From an uncultured Oscillospiraceae bacterium (GTDB taxonomy: Bacteria > Bacillota > Clostridia > UBA1212 > UBA1255): DNA of 64,000 nucleotides. A program made the translations under genes and the position numbers. The DNA lies in the NCBI GenBank assembly GCA_902472555.1, contig CABROF010000001.1, forward strand, positions 108,404-172,403, written 5' to 3'. The number at the start of each line of letters is the position of its first letter. The stretch's first letter is position 1. Shown piece by piece: positions 40,521 through 49,881 of this stretch. The notes under the pieces were generated by a model. It made no database searches. It was not told the origin of the DNA and was given only the letters and a program-made list of their open reading frames with translations.

Positions 40521-42449
40521 TTAAGCCGGCGGAATTTTGCTGTTTTCTCTGATCTCATCTTGTGCCGCCATTTTGGACGGTCTCCGGTGCATCAGCCATA
40601 ACGGTGCCCGGACCATAGAATCCTTCAAATCGCTTGTGTCAACCGGCAATAAGGGAGACAAATATGCATATCCGAAGGACCTGAGGGCCGTTGTATGCAG
40701 CAGCAGGCCAATAATTCCGATGGTAATGCCAACACCGCCCAATAAGCCTGATAATATCAAAAAAATCCACCGCAGCAGGACCTCCTGTTCATTGGCGGAG
40801 GATACAACAAAACCGGAAACTGCAGTAAGCGCAACCACGATAACAAGCGGCGCGCCTACAAGCCCGGCCGACACTGCAGCCTCCCCCATAACTAAAGCGC
40901 CTACAATACTAATCGTTTGTCCGATAGGCTTGGGAAGCCGCAGCCCCGCCTCTTTCAATATTTCAAAAATCAGCAAAAATACAACAGTTTCGATTAGCGC
41001 TGTAAATGGCACGCCTTCCCTGGCCGCTGCCATAGTAAAAAGCAGAGAGGTCGGAATCAATTCCTGATGGAATGTAGTCAGCGCTACATACAGGCTCGGC
41101 GCAAGAACCGATATAAAAAAGGAAATGAAACGGAATATACGGATGAGAGACGAATATGCGGATCTTCCGTAATAATCTTCTGCAGCCTGAAATGCCTCTA
41201 AAAATAAATAAGGCGCAGTCAGTACAAAAGGGGTGCCATCCACGATAATTCCGATCCGCCCCTCCAATATTTTTGCGGCTAAGACATCCGGTTTTTCCGT
41301 ATGACCGAGAGTGGCAAAAATAGACAGCGGCGCATCTTCAATGAATTGTTCTATATAGCCTGATTCCAATATTGCATCCGTATTGATCGCCTGTAAGCGC
41401 CGTTTTGCTTCATCAATCAGCTTCTGATTGGCCAGGCCCTTAATATATACGATATTTACCAGTGTCTTTGTTTTTTGGCCAATCCGCATATTTTCAAAGG
41501 TTAATGCCGGATTTCGGATTTTACGCCGGATCATTGCCGTATTGGATCTAAGATTTTCATTAAAGCTTTCTTTGGGGCCGCGTACTACAACTTCCGTGCT
41601 CGACTCGTTGATTGACCGAATTTCATATCCTTTTGAACTAATGATAATGCCTGTCGTACAGCCGTCAAGAAGCAGGACCGTATCTCCCATCAGACAGCCT
41701 TCAACCACCTGATTCATGTCCGCCGCTTCCTCAATATCTCCGACTGACAAAAGTAATTCCTTTAAAATCCTGATATTTGCATTATCATGGGCGGCTTCGT
41801 CCGGTTCCGTATTTTCCTCCGCCTTCGCGCCGTCCTTTTCTCCGATAAACAGGTCCCCACCTTGACTATCTGGATCATCAGCAAAGTTCCTACCCTGTTT
41901 TTTTTCTTTCCCTTTGTTCCGTCTGTTTCGTCTTTCTCGTCTGCTCTGCTGAAGGTATTTTACGTTTCTCTCCGGTTCAGCCTCTTCGCCCGCCTCCGCC
42001 TCGTCGTCCATTTCTGTTTTTTTTTCACATGAACCATTGAAAAGTGTACGACCATACATCAGGGGCTGGATGATATCATTATTGATCACATCGCTGTCCG
42101 CCAGGCCATCTACAAAAATCAGCAGCACCTTTTGCGGCTCCGATGATATTTTCTGTTGGTTCGCCCTCTGTTCAAACAGGGCCCCACCCTGATTGCGGCT
42201 CTGACTCTTGAGATTGTTTCTCAGGTCAAACTGAAATTCACGGAATCTTACATCTGTTGTGTCTTTGAATAAGTTTTTTAGGTATGTGCGGTTTTGATTG
42301 ATATTAGCAGAAATTTTCCCCAAGCCTTCTATTTCACCGTAGCTGCCGTATGGAGCCGAATTCTGTGCGGCAGCTCCTTCTGCGCCGGAAGCGGAAGACT
42401 GCTTTCTATATTGTCTGTATTTTATTTTGCTTACAAGGTAGTCCAGCAT
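40521..42449 (-). CDS. gerAA: Spore germination protein GerAA family, enlarged by a ~90 aa charged low-complexity insertion
   Basis: Start taken at MLDYLVSKIKYRQ. Conserved GerA core (GIIVDGTPFVLTAPYLF...) with C-terminal TM helices. The insertion KKTEMDDEAEAGEEAEPERNVKYLQQSRRERRNRRNKGKEKKQGRN... is absent from typical GerAA proteins. Confidence 0.8.
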   Translation of the reverse strand: MLDYLVSKIKYRQYRKQSSASGAEGAAAQNSAPYGSYGEIEGLGKISANINQNRTYLKNLFKDTTDVRFREFQFDLRNNLKSQSRNQGGALFEQRANQQKISSEPQKVLLIFVDGLADSDVINNDIIQPLMYGRTLFNGSCEKKTEMDDEAEAGEEAEPERNVKYLQQSRRERRNRRNKGKEKKQGRNFADDPDSQGGDLFIGEKDGAKAEENTEPDEAAHDNANIRILKELLLSVGDIEEAADMNQVVEGCLMGDTVLLLDGCTTGIIISSKGYEIRSINESSTEVVVRGPKESFNENLRSNTAMIRRKIRNPALTFENMRIGQKTKTLVNIVYIKGLANQKLIDEAKRRLQAINTDAILESGYIEQFIEDAPLSIFATLGHTEKPDVLAAKILEGRIGIIVDGTPFVLTAPYLFLEAFQAAEDYYGRSAYSSLIRIFRFISFFISVLAPSLYVALTTFHQELIPTSLLFTMAAAREGVPFTALIETVVFLLIFEILKEAGLRLPKPIGQTISIVGALVMGEAAVSAGLVGAPLVIVVALTAVSGFVVSSANEQEVLLRWIFLILSGLLGGVGITIGIIGLLLHTTALRSFGYAYLSPLLPVDTSDLKDSMVRAPLWLMHRRPSKMAAQDEIRENSKIPPA

Positions 42450-42639
42450 GGATGTTTCACTTCTTTCGATAAAAATAATACAAACAGAAACAGCACTGAT
42501 ATAAATCGTGCTTATTTTTACCGAATTCGCTTGATTTATGAAACATACGCTGTTGTAAAAAAAGGAAACCCTTAAAAAAACGGATTTCCTCTTAAAATAA
42601 GTCACATCAAATAAATCAGAATCTTTATATGAATCAATT

Positions 42640-43278
42640 TCAGCAGGTCTGATCTGCAAATTTTTTTAAAATGTAAAGTCCGACCCTTCCGCTTTTTTCC
42701 GGATGAAACTGACAGGCAAAAATTTGCTTTTGGGCAACAGCGGAATGAAACGAAACACCGTAGTCCGTATAGGACGCAACGATATTTTCATCCTGCGAGC
42801 GCAGATAATAGGAATGAACAAAATAGACATAAGCATTTTCCATATCTTCCAGCAGACTGCCGGCTTTTGTTCTCTCGAGGGAATTCCAGCCTACATGCGG
42901 GACCTTCAGCCCCGGCATCTCAGGGAAGCGTACAATCGTGCCCTTAAAAATGCCCAGCCCGCTGACTCCCGGACTTTCCTCACTCTGTTCAAACAACAGC
43001 TGCAGCCCCAAGCAAATCCCCATAAACGGACGGCCGCATGAAATGACATCATAGATCGTGTTCACCAAATTCCGGCTCACCTGCCGTCCGCTACACAGGA
43101 CCCGACCCTGGATTGCATCCATTGCCTCTCCGAAAGATCCTACCCCTGGCAGAATTACCCGGTCTGCAGACAAGATCTCATCCCGATCTCTGGTAATAAC
43201 GCAATTTACATGCAAGGCATGCAAGGCATTTTTAACACTTAACAAATTTCCGGCCCCATAATCGATTACTGCAACCAT
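42640..43278 (-). CDS. hisH: Imidazole glycerol phosphate synthase glutaminase subunit HisH (class I GATase); no hisF adjacent
   Basis: 212 aa. Catalytic Cys in GICLGLQ, the HVGWN motif and FHPE; close to E. coli/B. subtilis HisH over the full length. Confidence 0.8.
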   Translation of the reverse strand: MVAVIDYGAGNLLSVKNALHALHVNCVITRDRDEILSADRVILPGVGSFGEAMDAIQGRVLCSGRQVSRNLVNTIYDVISCGRPFMGICLGLQLLFEQSEESPGVSGLGIFKGTIVRFPEMPGLKVPHVGWNSLERTKAGSLLEDMENAYVYFVHSYYLRSQDENIVASYTDYGVSFHSAVAQKQIFACQFHPEKSGRVGLYILKKFADQTC

Positions 43279-43302
43279 GGCAAACAGGCTCCCACCCTTT
43301 CA

Positions 43303-44577
43303 TTACTCCTTTATAATCGCATCCTCGCGTTTCGGGCCGTTCGTCACGATGGTCACCGGCACTTCCAGCTCTTTTTCAATAAACTCAATATATTTTCTGC
43401 AGTTTACCGGCAGCTCGGAATAGGTGCGAATTCCGCGGATATCACATTTCCAGCCGGGCAGAGAAACCAAAACCGGTTTTGCTTGCTCCAGTTTTGCGTT
43501 CACAGGAAAATGCTTTGTCACTGCACCGTCGATTTCATACCCTACACAGACCTTTAGCTCATCCAAATATCCAAGCGCATCCAGAACCGTCAATGCCGCT
43601 TCTGTCGCGCCCTGTACACGGCAGCCGTAACGGGAAGCCACGGCATCAAACCAGCCCATACGTCTCGGCCGTCCCGTAGTCGCGCCGTATTCTCCTGCAT
43701 CGCCGCCGTTGCGACGCATAATCTCCGCTTCTTCACCAAATATCTCACTGACAAACGGTCCTGCACCCACTGCGCTGGAATAAGCCTTTACAACAGCGGT
43801 AATCCGCTGTATCTGGTGCGGCGCCACGCCAGCCCCGATCGTACCAAATCCCGCAACAGTATGCGAAGAGGTGGTAAAAGGATAAATTCCGAAATCAGGA
43901 TCCTTCAAAGAACCGAGCTGTCCTTCCAGTAAAATGTTTTTACCGGCAGCTACAGCCTCTCGGACCACTTCAAAGGTATTGCACACATAAGGCGCAATTT
44001 GCTCCCGATATCTCATCAGAGTCGCAAAAACCTCCTCCAAAGATAATTCCGGTTTATGATAAAGATGCTTCAGCAGCACATTTTTCACTTCGAGGATCCC
44101 GGTCAAGCGTTCCTTCAGACGTTCAGGGTAAAACAATTCGCATACCGGAATTCCGATTTTAGCGTATTTGTCTGAATAAAATGGTGCAATTCCAGATTTG
44201 GTTGAGCCAAACTGGCGGCCTGCCAGACGTTCCTCCTCATATTGGTCAAACAAAATATGATAGGGCATGACGATCTGCGCCCGTTCGGAAATCAGAATCT
44301 TCGGACAAATTCCCTTTTCCTTCAAATTGTTCATTTCCTTAACGAACATGTCAACATTCAAAGCCACACCATTGCCGATAATATTTGTCGTATGGCTGTA
44401 AAACACACCGGAAGGCAGTAAATGCAGTGCAAATTTTCCCCGGTCGATAATAATTGTATGTCCGGCATTTGCGCCGCCCTGAAAGCGGATAACCATATCC
44501 GATTCCGCCGCATACATGTCCGTAATTTTACCCTTTCCCTCATCGCCCCAATTGGCGCCGACAATTGCTCTAATCAT
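43303..44577 (-). CDS. purA: Adenylosuccinate synthetase
   Basis: Start at MIRAIVGANWGDEGKGK (GGAGG RBS). P-loop and GTP/IMP-binding motifs. Confidence 0.9.
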   Translation of the reverse strand: MIRAIVGANWGDEGKGKITDMYAAESDMVIRFQGGANAGHTIIIDRGKFALHLLPSGVFYSHTTNIIGNGVALNVDMFVKEMNNLKEKGICPKILISERAQIVMPYHILFDQYEEERLAGRQFGSTKSGIAPFYSDKYAKIGIPVCELFYPERLKERLTGILEVKNVLLKHLYHKPELSLEEVFATLMRYREQIAPYVCNTFEVVREAVAAGKNILLEGQLGSLKDPDFGIYPFTTSSHTVAGFGTIGAGVAPHQIQRITAVVKAYSSAVGAGPFVSEIFGEEAEIMRRNGGDAGEYGATTGRPRRMGWFDAVASRYGCRVQGATEAALTVLDALGYLDELKVCVGYEIDGAVTKHFPVNAKLEQAKPVLVSLPGWKCDIRGIRTYSELPVNCRKYIEFIEKELEVPVTIVTNGPKREDAIIKE

Positions 44578-44705
44578 AACATCCTCCATAACCTGCGCTA
44601 TGCGATTTCAGTCGCTGCATGCCGCGCGTATTTGTCACTGCTGCGGAAAGCCGCTCCGCAGAAAATTCCCCTTGGTGATACCATCCATAAATCTACAGCC
44701 GCCGG

Positions 44706-46136
44706 TCATACGTTGAGTTCTGCCTGCATGCCGAGCACTTTGGCATGGCTGGACAAAATCGTTTCTCTCACCCACTCCACATACTCCTCGGTCTGCTCCG
44801 CAGCTCTGCCGGTATAGTGCTCTGCCTGTAAAATATCAGCGGCCATTTCTTCACTCAATCCGAATGCCGCATCAGCCGTCATTCTTTGAATCAGATCATT
44901 TTCCAAGCCCTCTTCTTTCACCTGCTTGGCTGCCGCCATAGAATATAGGCGGATCTTTTCATGGAGCTCCTGCCGGTCCCCCCCCCGCAGAACCGCATCC
45001 ATTAGAATATTTTCCGTTGCCATGAACGGCAGCTCCTTCTGAATATGGGAGGCAATCACCTTCGGATATACCACCAGACCATCTGCAACGTTCAGGTAGA
45101 GGTTTAAAATGGCATCCGCGGCGAGAAATGCTTCGGGTATACTGATCCGTTTATTGGCAGAATCGTCCAGCGTACGCTCAAACCATTGCTCGGAGGCGGT
45201 CAGGGCCGGATTCAGCGCATCAATCATTACATACCGGGACAAGGAGGCAATTCGTTCGCTGCGCATGGGATTGCGCTTATATGCCATGGCAGAGGAACCG
45301 ATCTGCGTTTTTTCAAACGGCTCTTCAATCTCTTTCAGGTTCTGCAGCAGACGGATATCATTGCTGAACTTATGCGCAGATTGCGCGACACCGCTCAGCA
45401 CATTTAAAATTTGGCTGTCCAGTTTACGCGGATAGGTCTGTCCGGTTACGGCAAAAACAGTCGGATAAGACATTTTCTTCGCCACCAGCCGATCCAGCGC
45501 TTTTACCTTTTCATGATCTCCGCGGAACAGTTCCAAAAAACTGGCCTGCGTACCGGTAGTTCCCTTGGCGCCCCGCAGTTTTTTCTTTGCAAGCTGCGCT
45601 TCAATTTCTTCCAGGTCCATCACCAGATCCTGCATCCACAGCGTTGCCCGTTTTCCCACAGTGGTCAGCTGGGCAGGCTGATAATGCGTATATCCCAAAG
45701 TGGGCAGCGCTTGATACCGTTCGGCAAAATCAGCAAGCACATTCAGCACGTTCACAAGCTTGTCGCGGATCAGCTCCAGGGCTTCATGCATAATAATGAT
45801 ATCCGTGTTATCGCCGACATAGCAGGAGGTTGCGCCGGAGTGAATAATCGGTTTTGCCAGCGGACACTGCTGGCCATATGCGTACACATGCGACATTACA
45901 TCGTGCCGGACTGCTCGTTCTCTTTCTTCCGCCACCTCATAATTGATGTCGTCTGCATGTGCTTTCAGTTCTGCAATCTGTGCCTCCGTAATGGGAAGTC
46001 CCAGTTCTTTTTCACTCTCAGCCAAAGCAATCCACAGTCTGCGCCATGTCCGGAATTTTTTGTCCGGTGAAAATAAAAACTGCATTTCCTTGCTGGCATA
46101 TCTGGAATTCAGCGGACTTTCATAGCTGTCTTTCAT
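44706..46136 (-). CDS. purB: Adenylosuccinate lyase
   Basis: 476 aa fumarate-lyase-fold ADSL (signature ..GSSAMAYKRNP..). Confidence 0.9.
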   Translation of the reverse strand: MKDSYESPLNSRYASKEMQFLFSPDKKFRTWRRLWIALAESEKELGLPITEAQIAELKAHADDINYEVAEERERAVRHDVMSHVYAYGQQCPLAKPIIHSGATSCYVGDNTDIIIMHEALELIRDKLVNVLNVLADFAERYQALPTLGYTHYQPAQLTTVGKRATLWMQDLVMDLEEIEAQLAKKKLRGAKGTTGTQASFLELFRGDHEKVKALDRLVAKKMSYPTVFAVTGQTYPRKLDSQILNVLSGVAQSAHKFSNDIRLLQNLKEIEEPFEKTQIGSSAMAYKRNPMRSERIASLSRYVMIDALNPALTASEQWFERTLDDSANKRISIPEAFLAADAILNLYLNVADGLVVYPKVIASHIQKELPFMATENILMDAVLRGGDRQELHEKIRLYSMAAAKQVKEEGLENDLIQRMTADAAFGLSEEMAADILQAEHYTGRAAEQTEEYVEWVRETILSSHAKVLGMQAELNV

Positions 46137-46191
46137 AAATAACCTCCAATAAGCTCCATTTTAAAATGTACGCATTCAAGTTCTGCAGAAT

Positions 46192-47553
46192 TCAGTACGG
46201 ATATTTTCCGGTAAAGCATCCGTCGCAATATCCGCATTTAATATTCGGCACGATCTCATGCAGACGCGAAACCGGCAGATACCCGAGAGAATCCGCTCCG
46301 ATCATCCGGCGAATTTCCTCCAGCTCATGATTGCAGGCCAGCAAATGCTCCTTGGAGGGGACATCTGTGCCAAAATAGCACGGCCAGGTAAAAGGCGGTG
46401 AACTGATTCTCATATGTACCTCTTTTGCACCGGCTTCCTTCAGCATATCTACTAAGTTTGCACAGGTAGTTCCGCGCACAATGGAGTCATCCACCATGAT
46501 AATCCGTTTATCCTTTACCGTATCGCGCAGTACATTGATTTTCAGCCGCACAGCAGTGGCGCGCTGCTCTTGTGTGGGCTGAATAAAGGTCCTTCCTACA
46601 TAGCGGTTAATTACAAGTCCCTTTCCATAAGGAATTCCGCAGGCCTGTGCATAACCGATTGCAGCATCAATTCCAGAGTCCGGGACCCCGATTACCAGAT
46701 CCGCATCAACAGGAAATTCCTCGGAAAGTATTTTACCCGTTAATTTACGGGCCTCGTGTACGCTCATTCCTTCTATAATTGAATCCGAGCGTGCAAAATA
46801 GATATACTCGAATATGCAGATACGTGATCTTCCGGCAGGCGGACAATTGTCCCGGATGGACCGCAGACCGTCCTTGTCTATAATCACAATTTCACCGGGA
46901 TCGATATCCCGAATATATTCTGCCCGCACGGTGTCCAGCGCGCATGTCTCAGAGGCGATTACATAAGAGTTATTGATTTTTCCCAGACAAAGAGGGCGCA
47001 TTCCCTGCGGGTCACGGCAGGCCATCAGTTTCTGCGGGCTCATCATGACCAACGAATAGGAACCCTTCAGTTCCTTCATCATTTCCGCCAATGCAGTCTC
47101 TGCACGGCCTGTTTTCAGTCTGGCACGGGCAAGAAGGTGCATCATAATCTCTGTATCTGTCGTGGTCTGGAAAATGGCACCGGCTAATTCCAATTCATGC
47201 TTTAACTCCATGTAATTGGACAACTGGCCGTTTACAGCCAGTGCAAGCTGCCCTTTAATATAACGGCTCACTAATGGCTGTGCATTCAGTACCCCGGTTT
47301 CCCCGGTGGTTGCATAACGGACGTGCCCGATGGCCATTTTACCATCCAGCGCATCTAAATCCCGGTCATGAAATACCTCACTGACCAACCCCACATTTTT
47401 ATGCAGTGTAATAATGCGATCTTTATTTACCGCAATTCCACAGCTTTCCTGTCCTCTGTGCTGAAGCGCGAATAACCCTGCATAAGTCATTCTCGCACAG
47501 TCAAATCCATCATTATCATATATAGCAAATACGCCGCATTCTTCCCGAAGCAT
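46192..47553 (-). CDS. purF: Amidophosphoribosyltransferase
   Basis: N-terminal Cys nucleophile (MLREECGVFAI), PRTase domain, C-terminal Fe-S cysteines. Confidence 0.9.
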   Translation of the reverse strand: MLREECGVFAIYDNDGFDCARMTYAGLFALQHRGQESCGIAVNKDRIITLHKNVGLVSEVFHDRDLDALDGKMAIGHVRYATTGETGVLNAQPLVSRYIKGQLALAVNGQLSNYMELKHELELAGAIFQTTTDTEIMMHLLARARLKTGRAETALAEMMKELKGSYSLVMMSPQKLMACRDPQGMRPLCLGKINNSYVIASETCALDTVRAEYIRDIDPGEIVIIDKDGLRSIRDNCPPAGRSRICIFEYIYFARSDSIIEGMSVHEARKLTGKILSEEFPVDADLVIGVPDSGIDAAIGYAQACGIPYGKGLVINRYVGRTFIQPTQEQRATAVRLKINVLRDTVKDKRIIMVDDSIVRGTTCANLVDMLKEAGAKEVHMRISSPPFTWPCYFGTDVPSKEHLLACNHELEEIRRMIGADSLGYLPVSRLHEIVPNIKCGYCDGCFTGKYPY

Positions 47554-47707
47554 TCTTCTGGCCTCCCTTTCCGGATTCTACCGGTCCTGCGATTTGATTC
47601 ATTTACTCCTTTGCGCGCATGCAGCGTTTTCCAGGAGTCCATAAAATAGTTCTGCCGATGATCACAAGTTCCTATTTCTATTTTAATTTTACATCTTGAT
47701 TCTAATT

Positions 47708-48421
47708 TTACAGTCCGATTCTGGTGAAAATCTCTTTATATGCTTCTTCAACATTTCCCAGATCCCGCCGGAATCTATCCTTATCCAGCTTTTCTTTGGT
47801 TTTGGCATCCCACAGACGGCATGTGTCAGGAGATATCTCGTCAGCCAATATGATTTCGCCGCCCAATGCAGGGCACCTTCCGAATTCAATTTTGAAGTCA
47901 ACCAAAATAATCCCGATTTTTGCGAAAAACTCCTTCAGCACCTCATTAACTGCAAAGGTTGCGGCAGCAATATGATTCAGCTCCTCTTGTGTGACCAAGC
48001 CTAATGCCATGGCATGATAGTCATTAATTAGGGGATCCCCCAGCGCATCGTTTTTATAGCTGTACTCTAAGATCGTACACTTCAGCGCGGTTCCTTCCGG
48101 TACGCCGTACCGCTTTGAAAAGCTGCCTGCTGCAATATTGCGCACGATCACCTCCAGCGGTACAATTTCCACTCTGCGCACAGCAGTCTCCCGATCACTC
48201 AGCTCTTCGATAAAATGTGTTTTGATCCCCTTACTCTCCAAAACCCGAAAAATCAAATTTGACATTCTGTTATTGATAACGCCTTTTCCTACAATTGTTC
48301 CTTTTTTCTGTCCGTTAAATGCCGTAGCATCATCTTTATAATCTACAATGTAAACATTTTCATCCTCTGTTTTATATACTTTTTTTGCCTTTCCCTCATA
48401 AAGCATTTCCCGTTTTTCCAT
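47708..48421 (-). CDS. purC: SAICAR synthetase
   Basis: Start at [16 protein letters not shown] with an AAAGGAG RBS. Canonical PurC. Confidence 0.9.
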   Translation of the reverse strand: MEKREMLYEGKAKKVYKTEDENVYIVDYKDDATAFNGQKKGTIVGKGVINNRMSNLIFRVLESKGIKTHFIEELSDRETAVRRVEIVPLEVIVRNIAAGSFSKRYGVPEGTALKCTILEYSYKNDALGDPLINDYHAMALGLVTQEELNHIAAATFAVNEVLKEFFAKIGIILVDFKIEFGRCPALGGEIILADEISPDTCRLWDAKTKEKLDKDRFRRDLGNVEEAYKEIFTRIGL

Positions 48422-48573
48422 CTCAATATCTCCTTTCCTGAAAACGAATAGGCAAGCTCCTACCCTTGCGTTAATAAACAGGTTCCTACCCTTAAGCAAG
48501 CTCCTACCCTGCGTTAGTTAAACAAGACCCTACCCTGTTACAGCACAGGGTAGTCCCTGCCGTGAATGGACTG
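48422..48573 (-). promoter_or_regulatory. purC leader and intergenic region: four direct copies of AGGGTAGGRNC (two ~44-bp units) plus an 8-bp hairpin just after the guaA-paralog stop
   Basis: Plus-strand copies ..CTCCTACCCT.. at about 48457, 48483, 48501 and 48527, spaced 26/18/26 nt. Hairpin CTACCCTG-ttacagca-CAGGGTAG at 48530-48553. Read directly from the sequence. Confidence 0.6.
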
Positions 48574-49863
48574 TTACTCCCACTCTATGGTTCCGGTGGG
48601 CTTAGGCGTCAAGTCATATAAAACCCGGTTCACACCTTTTACTTCAGAGGTGATACGGACTGTAATCTTCTGAAGCAGAGAAAATGGGATGTCTGCAACA
48701 GAAGCGGTCATAGCATCCACCGTGTTTACGGCACGGAGTATCACCGGCCAATCAAAAGTACGGGCATTTTCTCGTACCCCGACGGACTTGAAATCCGGGA
48801 TTGCAGTAAAATACTGCCATACACGACCCTCCAAGCCTGCTTTGGCAAACTCTTCCCGCAGAATTGCATCTGATTCCCGAACAGCCTCTAATCGTTCTCT
48901 GGTAATTGCGCCCAGGCAACGCACACCAAGGCCGGGTCCCGGAAAAGGCTGCCGATATACCATATTATCCGGAAGACCGAGCGCTGTTCCACAAGCCCGC
49001 ACTTCATCTTTGAAAAGCATTTTTAACGGTTCTACCAATTCAAAATCCAGGTCCTCCGGCAGGCCGCCCACATTGTGGTGGCTTTTTACCGCTTTAACGG
49101 TCTTTGTACCGGATTCAATAATATCCGGATAAATGGTCCCCTGTGCAAGAAATCGAATACCCTCCAATTTTCTGGCTTCCTCTTCAAAAACACGAATAAA
49201 TTCTGTACCGATGATTTTCCGCTTTTGTTCCGGATCCGCCACATTAGACAATTTATCCAGAAAACGGTCTGAAGCATCCACATATACCAAATTTGCATCC
49301 ATTTGATTGCGGAACACATCCACCACCTGCTCCGGCTCTCCCTTGCGAAGAAGGCCGTGATTTACATGGACGCAGGTCAGCTGCTTTCCGACCGCACGGA
49401 TAAGCAGCGCTGCTACCACGGAAGAATCAACCCCGCCGGACAGCGCAAGCAGCACCTTTTTATTTCCCACCTGACGGCGCACCAGCTCTACCTGATCGGC
49501 AATAAAATTTTCCATATTCCAATTTGCCTCTGCTCCGCATTTATCAAACACAAAACGGGAAAGAATCCGTTTGCGCTCTTCGTCCGGCTGCGGCCATGGC
49601 GCCTCTCCGTTATGGTCAGCACAAAGGATTGGACACCCGGACTCATAAACAGCCCGAGAAGCATCAATTGCTGCCCCGTCAACGATCCGATTCGGACCGC
49701 CGTTGAGAATAATTCCTTTGACATTCGGAAGCGCTGCCAGCGCTTCCGCAGAGAGATCATGGGGGTGAATTTCTGAGTATACGCCTAAAGCACGAACCTC
49801 CCGGGCAATTTTTGGGTTTTCCTCACTTCCTAAATCGAGGATAAGGATCATGTCTTGTTTCAT
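48574..49863 (-). CDS. GMP synthase paralog: intact ATP-pyrophosphatase and dimerisation domains, but a truncated, catalytically dead GATase domain
   Basis: 429 aa. P-loop [11 protein letters not shown] and the conserved GuaA C-terminus ..PTGTIEWE are present. The N-terminal ~110 aa align to the first half of the GATase domain, but the nucleophile elbow G-x-C-x-G is replaced by CADHNGE and about 90 aa including the His/Glu region are missing, compared directly with the canonical guaA at 51246-52799. Confidence 0.75.
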   Translation of the reverse strand: MKQDMILILDLGSEENPKIAREVRALGVYSEIHPHDLSAEALAALPNVKGIILNGGPNRIVDGAAIDASRAVYESGCPILCADHNGEAPWPQPDEERKRILSRFVFDKCGAEANWNMENFIADQVELVRRQVGNKKVLLALSGGVDSSVVAALLIRAVGKQLTCVHVNHGLLRKGEPEQVVDVFRNQMDANLVYVDASDRFLDKLSNVADPEQKRKIIGTEFIRVFEEEARKLEGIRFLAQGTIYPDIIESGTKTVKAVKSHHNVGGLPEDLDFELVEPLKMLFKDEVRACGTALGLPDNMVYRQPFPGPGLGVRCLGAITRERLEAVRESDAILREEFAKAGLEGRVWQYFTAIPDFKSVGVRENARTFDWPVILRAVNTVDAMTASVADIPFSLLQKITVRITSEVKGVNRVLYDLTPKPTGTIEWE

Positions 49864-49881
49864 ACATCCTGCTCCTTTCTA

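Noticed and set aside
44643-44663. Hairpin CTGCGGAaagccgcTCCGCAG between purB and purA, considered as a terminator
   Set aside because: No U-tract on the minus (coding) strand. More likely an RNA processing or stability element or a weak attenuator. Mentioned only under the supercluster finding.
45411-46070. 219-aa plus-strand ORF, and several other 100-200 aa ORFs (e.g. 15557-16210, 11073-11630, 51084-51689, 6939-7433)
   Set aside because: All lie antisense within strongly supported genes (purB, htrA, recG, guaA/cofE-like, the UAP-like gene). They are typical shadow ORFs of GC-rich coding DNA.
48456-48553. Reading the AGGGTAGGAGCTTGC repeats as sigma-54 (-24/-12) promoters
   Set aside because: The GG..GC spacing is 5-9 nt rather than the required 10, and only two of the four copies have TTGC. 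Not consistent.
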